DNA of 13,857 bases. Origin: Myxococcota bacterium. GTDB taxonomy: Bacteria > Myxococcota_A > UBA796 > GCA-2862545. The notes below the pieces were generated by a model. The model had not been told where the DNA came from, made no database searches, and worked only from the letters and a program-made list of their open reading frames with translations. The stretch spans positions 1 through 13,857 of the forward strand of contig JBCCQY010000201.1 in assembly GCA_039208735.1 (NCBI GenBank). The letters run 5' to 3'. Positions 8,369 to 13,857 of this stretch are shown piece after piece (positions within the stretch are counted from its first letter, which is position 1; each line of letters opens with the position of its first letter). The position numbers were made by a program, and so were the translations under genes.

Positions 8369-10288
8369 TGCGGAAGTCAACCCCCTACCAGCAGAGAATT
8401 CCGGACACGCAACATGGGTCGATGTCAACGCCGTTGAGCGGCCGGCGGTGGCTTCAGGGCTGAAGAAACCAGTAGAAGGCAGTCGCCGTAGGGTAGGTGT
8501 CGGGTCCGATGACCGAGGGCACATTCGGGCTGAATCCTGTGAAGCCAACCTGGCAGTCCTCAGCTGCAGCGACATCGACCACAAACCCGTTCGGTACCTG
8601 CGTTCCCCAATCCAAAGTGCCAGTTGGACCGTAGCGGACGATGGAAGCCCCACCGAGGGCAAAACCGGCTGCCGTCAAGGGCGAGCCCATTGTTGCTCCG
8701 ACGAAGATCGAGTCAGCAGGACCGACATCTACGCTCGTAAACTGATCGTCGCTGGCCGTCCCCAGCGGGCTCGCCCATAGTACCGCTCCGCTGCCCGCCT
8801 GAAGCCGCCCCACGAACCCATCGAAATCGCCTGCGCTACTCAGATTCGTCGCATCGAAAGAAGCCAATCCTTCGAACTCCCCACTCACTGCCACGTCACC
8901 GTTCGACAACGCGGCCAGTCCGGTGGCGGTCTCTCCACCCGTGCCGCCGAACTGCTTGGCCCAAAGGCTCGTCGCACCCGAGTCGTATTTGGCGACAAAG
9001 ATGTCGCGCGAGCCCGCGCTAGAGGCGAGCAGCGTGGAACCGAAGACCTCAGTTCCCGAGAATCCCCCTGCCACGATGACGTTATCACTTGGGTCCACGG
9101 TGAGCGCTTCGGCGCTACTCGGGTCACCGAGGAAGGCACGCGCCCAGTTGACGCTACCACTTGGGTCGAGCTGCAGCAGGTACCCATGTTCTTCGATATC
9201 CGTCGCCACAAAGGTGTTGGCTGGATCGAAGGAAATGCGCTGCTCGAAATAGCCTGCGACGTAGACGCGGCCGTTCGCATCGACCACGATGTCCTGCCCA
9301 CCCGCGGACCTTGTAATCGAGTCTCCGTAGAGGCTGCTCCACTGCAAGACTCCCGTCGCGTCGTACTTGGCGACGAAGATGCTGGACACCGATGCTTGGG
9401 ACGTTTGCAGCCCTGCCCCGAAGTCGACCGAGCCGGCTACGTTGCCTGTGATGACGACTTCATCGTTGGGCCCGGTGGCCACCGCGTTGATGTTCAGGCG
9501 ACCGATGCTAGAACCTCTCGGGATGAGGTGGCTCCACAGCAGGGTTCCCAGTACCGAGTACTTCGCCACGAACCCTTCTTCGGGAGGCTGCAAAGGAGCC
9601 ACGGCGCCGCTGCCCAAATCGATAGACCCTGCGAAGGTTCCGGCGATGATCGACTGATCTTGAGTATCGTAGTCGAGGGACTGCCGGAGATTTGGGGTAT
9701 TGGCACGATAAGTCAGGCCAGAGCCGAACATCTCCAGGTCAGGATCGGCGTAGATCCTTAGAGTGGATACGGGGTCATCGCAGGTTGTACCCGTTGATGC
9801 TCCGTATGCGAGTGGAATTCCGGAGAACCAGACCAGCCCCGCCGCAATGGTGCCACCTAAGATTCGGCCACTATGCTTGTGCACGTTGCATCTCCTTTTC
9901 GCTTCGCATTGACAAAAACGCACCCTGAAGCCTTGGCCTGCTCCTTAAAGTAAATCATGGGAGGATTCCTTGGACCAATCTTGCGGAAACCTTGTCCAGA
10001 TCTGGTGAGGGCCCTGGCGAGGCAACGACCTGGGGCTACTCTACTAGCTGCGATTTGCCGCCAAACGTCCGGATCGGAAGGTTTTGATTTTAATGCGGGC
10101 ATTGGTGCCCCACACGACCCCCTGACGACTCCCCAAAGCCCCTTGTTCGGTTCACAACCAGTGAAGGGGTCCGGTGCCGCTCTATGCGACCTTTGATGTG
10201 GGACGCGAAGCGCATCAGAGCACCCACGACTGACGCCACCTGCGCGGTGTGTCCAGAATTCTCAGCTGGTAGGGGGTTGACTTCCGCA
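8369..10288. mobile_element. 1920-bp transposase-less cassette bounded by 40-bp TG...CA inverted repeats (type E)
   Basis: 8369-8408 TGCGGAAGTCAACCCCCTACCAGCAGAGAATTCCGGACAC matches the reverse complement of 10249-10288 at 38/40. Identity stops exactly at the terminal TG/CA. Confidence 0.8.
8454..9884 (-). CDS. Secreted beta-propeller repeat protein (SBBP-like), 476 aa
   Basis: AGGAGA SD before GTG 9884 and a signal peptide. Repeated units such as 'VD..G.V.VAG.F.G...FG....S....DIFVAKYD..G...W'. Confidence 0.88.
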   Translation of the reverse strand: MHKHSGRILGGTIAAGLVWFSGIPLAYGASTGTTCDDPVSTLRIYADPDLEMFGSGLTYRANTPNLRQSLDYDTQDQSIIAGTFAGSIDLGSGAVAPLQPPEEGFVAKYSVLGTLLWSHLIPRGSSIGRLNINAVATGPNDEVVITGNVAGSVDFGAGLQTSQASVSSIFVAKYDATGVLQWSSLYGDSITRSAGGQDIVVDANGRVYVAGYFEQRISFDPANTFVATDIEEHGYLLQLDPSGSVNWARAFLGDPSSAEALTVDPSDNVIVAGGFSGTEVFGSTLLASSAGSRDIFVAKYDSGATSLWAKQFGGTGGETATGLAALSNGDVAVSGEFEGLASFDATNLSSAGDFDGFVGRLQAGSGAVLWASPLGTASDDQFTSVDVGPADSIFVGATMGSPLTAAGFALGGASIVRYGPTGTLDWGTQVPNGFVVDVAAAEDCQVGFTGFSPNVPSVIGPDTYPTATAFYWFLQP

Positions 10289-10443
10289 TTCACCATGGAG
10301 GCCGAGGCCCGTCCTGGCGAGCTCGCAGAGCTATCGCCCTGGGGCGACCTCGAGGCCTACCTTGCTTGGGCGCGACAGCCCTGGTGGGGCTGAACCCTCA
10401 CGGCGAACTCGCAGAGGGAGATCTTGCCAGCGCCCCCCGGGGG

Positions 10444-10510
10444 CTGACCCACCATCGCAAGCTCTAACCTGCACAACGGCCGAAGCATGGCGGCTCATCT
10501 CACCGTTGCC
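10444..10510 (+). repeat. 67-bp direct repeat (type C, outer-truncated copy of the end at 12381)
   Basis: 57/67 identical to 12402-12468. Confidence 0.85.
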
Positions 10511-10712
10511 ACCTACGCCCCGAGAAGCGAACAGGTGCTTCATCCAAAACAATAGGCGCATATCTCCATAATTATCTATTAAAGCACACAATACAGCTCG
10601 TACTTCGCAACCAAACGCCAACCCTTGACGGTTTGAACGAGGTGTGTAGCTCGCGAAGCGAGGGTTGCAGCCGAGAGGATCAAGCTGGAGTCAGCTTTTC
10701 CTTGGAGGCTGA

Positions 10713-10889
10713 ATGAAAAACACGGAAGCAATCCACGAACCAGGGCGCCCGAAGACAAGCTCGCCATCTCGAACGTCACGACGAGGCTGCGGCCTGCAGG
10801 GATGCGCTCTCGTCGTCGGAATTGCTGGGCTGGGCCTTGCAGTCCTCGAAGTCATTGGGACCTGGATCCAGGTGCTCTCGGGAGGGTGA
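10713..10889 (+). CDS. Small hydrophobic peptide P1, 58 aa (MKNTEAIHEPGRPKTSSPSRTSRRGCGLQGCALVVGIAGLGLAVLEVIGTWIQVLSGG)
   Basis: Manual translation. GGAGG SD, ATG start, basic N-terminus and C-terminal hydrophobic helix; similar to P2 at 11824-12000; hairpin directly after the stop. Confidence 0.7.
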   Translation: MKNTEAIHEPGRPKTSSPSRTSRRGCGLQGCALVVGIAGLGLAVLEVIGTWIQVLSGG

Positions 10890-10892
10890 CGC

Positions 10893-10968
10893 CTTCGGGC
10901 TGCAACCCGAAGACGTCTGACACCCCTTCGAGTGCCATGACTCGCCACGAGGAGCCTCGTGGCGGGTC
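10893..10968 (+). terminator. Two hairpins downstream of P1
   Basis: CTTCGGG-CTGCAA-CCCGAAG (10893-10912) and GACTCGCCACGAGG-AG-CCTCGTGGCGGGTC (10939-10968, one G-U pair). No clear U-tracts. Confidence 0.45.
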
Positions 10969-11478
10969 TCCTGGGTCCTAGCAACTTCGGTTCAAGCCGT
11001 TGCTGTGGGTGCGCTGCTGTGCAACGCCGTCACGCGAGTGAACCACGGCTCGAGGACGAAGTTGATGACATCCACCCACTCGGTCACCCCGGCACCCCAT
11101 CGCCCTCCTATCGAGGGGGTCCTGCGAGCCCGTCGGGGTCACGACGAGGGCGGCCTCCGATATGAACCCGACGTGACGGACGGCCCGTGCACAGCATTCC
11201 CCCAGTTCTTGACCTGCTCACGTCAAGCCAGCCCGACGTGCTTGGATGAAGACAAACCGCCGCTCGTGTCGTCGACGTGCAGGTGCAGCAGCAACAGAGC
11301 AAACTTCCAGCCTGGCATGCGCGGGGGAGGCACTTTCGTCAAAGAGCTTGTGCTGTCGAGTGGAGGTTGTGGCGACGAGCTACCGGACCTTCGAACTCGA
11401 CAGGAAGCTCGCTCGTCGTCTACATGATGGACGCCTCGCCACAACCACGGATTGGCCTATGGTTTGAGAAGGCGGAGC

Positions 11479-11496
11479 TTATCTACTAGTAGATAA
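11479..11496. promoter_or_regulatory. Perfect 18-bp AT-rich palindrome (operator-like)
   Basis: TTATCTACTAGTAGATAA is its own reverse complement. Confidence 0.55.
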
Positions 11497-11503
11497 CGAG
11501 CTT

Positions 11504-11713
11504 CATCTCCCCCCTCGCATGTGGTGAATGTGCTGGTTGGACAAACCTCGACCGGCCCGACACAAAAGGGAGAGCCATGTGATCTAAGGTCAGGTTCAAA
11601 CCTGCATCTCACCCCTACGCAATGTGCTGAAATGCGCTGGTTGGAGAAACCTCGCCCGGCCCAGCGCAATAAGAGAATCATGTGACCTAAGGTCATGATC
11701 AACCCCGCATCTC
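11504..11713. repeat. Diverged non-coding tandem duplication (units of 101 and 103 bp)
   Basis: 11527-11558 vs 11631-11662 match at 29/32; 11576-11610 vs 11679-11713 match at 30/35; CATCTC recurs at 11504, 11605 and 11708. Confidence 0.88.
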
Positions 11714-11823
11714 GGTCTGCAGGGACGATCGACATTCGTATGGGCCTGTCGCTCAAGTTGGCCGTGAACATCACAGTTGCAACGTTTCAAGCCGATCTCA
11801 GCTTGTTTCGTGGGGAGTAGTGC

Positions 11824-12000
11824 GTGAGCGAGCAGACGTGCACACCGAAGCCGAACGAACGAGGACGAAGCCGTCTTCTGTGGCAACTCTCTCTTGTTGG
11901 CATGATCGCGGGAGTGGTCGCCTCATGTACCGGCATCGCCGGAGACATCGCGTCTATCGTGGATGTCCTGGTTGAGCTGATCAGATTGTTCCTTGCCTGA
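11824..12000 (+). CDS. Small hydrophobic peptide P2, 58 aa (MSEQTCTPKPNERGRSRLLWQLSLVGMIAGVVASCTGIAGDIASIVDVLVELIRLFLA)
   Basis: Manual translation. GGAG SD 6 nt before the GTG; polar/basic N-terminus and hydrophobic/amphipathic C-terminus; similar to P1. Confidence 0.7.
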   Translation: MSEQTCTPKPNERGRSRLLWQLSLVGMIAGVVASCTGIAGDIASIVDVLVELIRLFLA

Positions 12001-12148
12001 AGGACTCGACGTTGGCCTCGCCGCTCTGCCGAAGCAGCTCCAGTCCGCGTCGAGCGGGCGCCAGAGCTGGCGGACCTACAGCCGCTCCTCGAGTGTGGTG
12101 AAGGAGCCCTTCAGAAGAGCAGGAGCGTCCTCGCCAACCCCGTGCCTG

Positions 12149-12380
12149 TCACGAGGACGGGGGAGGCGCGATGATGGTGGTGGCCCAATCATCCGGCATC
12201 TCCCATCCGTCTGGCGGAGTCCCGGGCTTCGGATCGGGGTCGTTGGGTCGCTTCAGAACCCAGACGTATCTGCGGGCCTTGTCCCTCGCGGACGCCTCGG
12301 AGCTCGACGAGAACGCGAAAAATGTCCTGATAAGCAATTGCGCGCAAAGTAGCGACGACCCAACGCCTGAAATCGGGCAT
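12149..12380 (-). pseudogene. Possible C-terminal gene remnant cut by the type C end
   Basis: Open frame with high third-position GC (...ARDKARRYVWVLKRPNDPDPKPGTPPDGWEMPDDWATT...) that abuts the repeat at 12381. Confidence 0.3.
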
Positions 12381-12468
12381 GGGTCTGTTTCCGCTGCGAA
12401 ACTAACCCGCCATCGCAAGCTCCAACCCAGACAACGGCCGAAGTATGGCGGCTCATTCCAGCGTTGCC
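12381..12468 (+). mobile_element. Tn3-family (IS3000-like) end plus subterminal sequence (type C)
   Basis: GGGTCTGTTTCCGCTGCGAAACTAACCCGCCATCGCAAG (12381-12419) resembles, from memory, the GGGGTCTGTTTCC...CGCAAG IS3000-type IR. The inner part is duplicated at 10444. Confidence 0.55.
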
Positions 12469-12479
12469 TACCGCCACCC

Positions 12480-12654
12480 CACCTACACGGGGACTGGGAG
12501 GACATGGTGCGACGACGACTGGGAGGCCAACGAGGCCGCACTCCGCCACCGTCGACGGCTCCTCTCGGTGTACGACGTCCATGGGCACACGCTGTGGATC
12601 GTCACGGAGTCCGACCGCAGCGCAACGACGGTGCTGCTGCCCAACGAGTACTGA
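12480..12654 (+). pseudogene. Frameshifted 3' fragment of a conserved plasmid/ICE-associated small protein (GDWG...WIITExDRSxTTxLLPxEY type)
   Basis: HLHGDWEDM in one frame, an extra G at 12507, then CDDDWEANEAALRHRRRLLSVY...LWIVTESDRSATTVLLPNEY*. The N-terminus is missing. Confidence 0.75.
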
Positions 12655-12674
12655 CCTCAAGGTCCCCACAAGAT

Positions 12675-12713
12675 GGGGTACGACCGGCATCGGCGAAATT
12701 TATGGGGTTAGCG
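12675..12713 (+). mobile_element. GGGG-initiated transposon-end-like repeat (type B, copy 2)
   Basis: GGGGTACGACCGGCATCGGCGAAATTTATGGGGTT, 27/35 identical to 2782-2816. Confidence 0.55.
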
Positions 12714-12905
12714 AATTATGCGCAGAGTCCAAACGAACCAACGCTGGTAATCGCGGATGGGCTCAATTCACCACGCCTCCGCCATCGCTGCCGATCTGAG
12801 GCTGGCAGCCTCGTTCGAGGCTCACTTCGGAGCAGAGGCGGGCAAATCCAGGAAACAGGCCCACCATTCCCCAGCCCGAACCTCGGCTACGACAGGTCAT
12901 CGCGC

Positions 12906-12943
12906 CTTAGCGACCGGATCTGCACAGAATCTACCTGAGGCCC
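12906..12943 (-). mobile_element. 38-bp Tn3-family-like terminal inverted repeat (type A, copy 2)
   Basis: Minus strand reads GGGCCTCAGGTAGATTCTGTGCAGATCCGGTCGCTAAG; 32/38 identical to 238-275, with all differences in one 8-bp block. Confidence 0.7.
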
Positions 12944-12980
12944 GGCTCGGGTGTGCGAACTATCGTCAACCGGAGGGTAA

Positions 12981-13857
12981 GTGAGCGAAGACGTTGTGCA
13001 GAGTCTGAAGCAGACGGTTGTGCGGCTGGAGAAGGAGCTTGAATCTTACAAAAGCCGCGACGTGAAACGCCGTGAGCAGCTCGGCGCGGGTTTCGTATGG
13101 CTCGCCAAGGTCTTGGCCCGCCGAGATCTGCGCGTCGCCGCGAAGGCGTGGTGGTCAAAGTTCCAAGAGACGAAGCCTGAACTACCCGGCGAAGAGTCCG
13201 TGCTGTTGCTTGGTGCGTTCGGGAACCGGGTACTCACCGTAGGGTTGTTCGGCGCCGTCGTGGCGGCGTTCCCAGCGCTGCTTCTCCTCACCCAGACCGG
13301 GCTACTCGCGTACCAGAACTATCAGTTCGGTATTGAGTCAGCGGCGGCACGAAGAGCGCAGCTCATCGCAACGCTCTACGACAAAGAGTGCTTATGGTCG
13401 GAGGAGACTCCGATCGAGGCGGATGAGGGCGCTTCGGAGGACGTCGAATCGACGAGCACTCCCAATGAAGCGTCCAACAAGTCGGTCGACGAGCGATGTC
13501 GCCCCGTGGCATCCGTCCGTGCTCGTAGTGAGGCTGTTGTGGCGCTCCACCAGATGGGGGGCCGCGATTTCAAGAAGGCCGATCTCCACGACGCCGATTT
13601 CCGCGAGGCCGACCTCTGGGAGGCCGACTTCAGATGGGCCGATCTCCGCGACGCCGGTTTCCGCGATGCCAACCTGGAAGGGGCCACCCTCCGTGAGGCC
13701 AACCTCAGAGGGGCCGACCTCGAAGGGGCCAACCTCAGGATGGCCCGCCTCGAAGGGGCCTCCCTCCGTGAGGCCGACCTCGAAGGGGTCCACCTCGAAG
13801 TGGCCCGCCTCGAAGGGGCCCGCCTCGAAGGGGCCCGCCTCGAAGGGGCCCGCCTCG
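12981..13857 (+). CDS. Membrane-anchored pentapeptide-repeat protein (3' partial)
   Basis: Manual translation from GTG 12981 (GGAGG SD): coiled-coil-like MSEDVVQSLKQTVVRLEKELE, hydrophobic VGLFGAVVAAFPALLLLTQTGLL, then ADLHD-ADFRE-ADLWE-ANLEG-ARLEG repeats. Open to the window end. Confidence 0.9.
   Translation, partial: MSEDVVQSLKQTVVRLEKELESYKSRDVKRREQLGAGFVWLAKVLARRDLRVAAKAWWSKFQETKPELPGEESVLLLGAFGNRVLTVGLFGAVVAAFPALLLLTQTGLLAYQNYQFGIESAAARRAQLIATLYDKECLWSEETPIEADEGASEDVESTSTPNEASNKSVDERCRPVASVRARSEAVVALHQMGGRDFKKADLHDADFREADLWEADFRWADLRDAGFRDANLEGATLREANLRGADLEGANLRMARLEGASLREADLEGVHLEVARLEGARLEGARLEGARL
13803..13857 (+). repeat. Perfect 15-bp coding tandem repeat (ARLEG)n
   Basis: GCCCGCCTCGAAGGG three times plus a 10-nt partial copy at the window edge. 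Confidence 0.9.

Noticed and set aside
9980..10014. Degenerate third type A IR
   Set aside because: Only scattered matches; lacks the CTTAGCG core.
10444..10510. Integron attC site (AAC...GTT with CGGCTCATCTC)
   Set aside because: The R and L boxes are not complementary, no integrase is present, and it is better explained as a subterminal transposon repeat.
10552..10585. dif/cer-like Xer site in an AT-rich patch
   Set aside because: Poor XerD-arm match at either a 6- or 8-bp spacer.
10625..10652. Sigma70 promoter for P1 (TTGACG...TAGCTC)
   Set aside because: The -35 is good but the -10 is weak; not supportable without TSS data.
11277..11489. 70-aa ORF (…LPAWHARGRHFR…WFEKAELIY)
   Set aside because: No clear SD, only a vague family resemblance, and competing overlapping frames; it cannot be supported.
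11591..11604. tRNA T-arm-like CAGGTTCAAACCTG
   Set aside because: No cloverleaf, wrong loop size, and not conserved in the second tandem unit.
11504..11713. CRISPR array, or tandem mini-ORFs (MCWLDKPRP.../MRWLEKPRP...)
   Set aside because: Only two long units without unique spacers or cas genes. The mini-ORFs lack SDs and differ by frameshifting indels.

Overview
GC-rich accessory region; the gene styles (Cys-rich lipoprotein, SBBP-type beta-propeller, FKBP, Roco-TIR) suggest a myxobacterium-like host, which is inference only. Left to right it holds: a divergent LysR / SDR-lipoprotein unit; a truncated FKBP colliding head-on with a truncated hypothetical gene; a Tn3-type module of res-like site, serine resolvase, RelE/ParE toxin and Phd/YefM antitoxin; an internally deleted, frameshifted LRR-(Roc)-COR-TIR gene; a Cys-rich lipoprotein; a secreted beta-propeller gene bracketed by 40-bp TG...CA inverted repeats; and a pentapeptide-repeat membrane protein running off the right edge. 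No transposase is present, yet five different families of transposon-end-like repeats occur in two copies each. The most novel signal is at 10.6-12.05 kb: two 58-aa paralogous hydrophobic peptides, both below the ORF-track cutoff. They share an upstream 18-nt motif and have base-pairing potential that could hide the Shine-Dalgarno (SD) site, like type I toxin mRNAs. Between them lie an 18-bp perfect palindrome and a ~102-bp non-coding tandem duplication.
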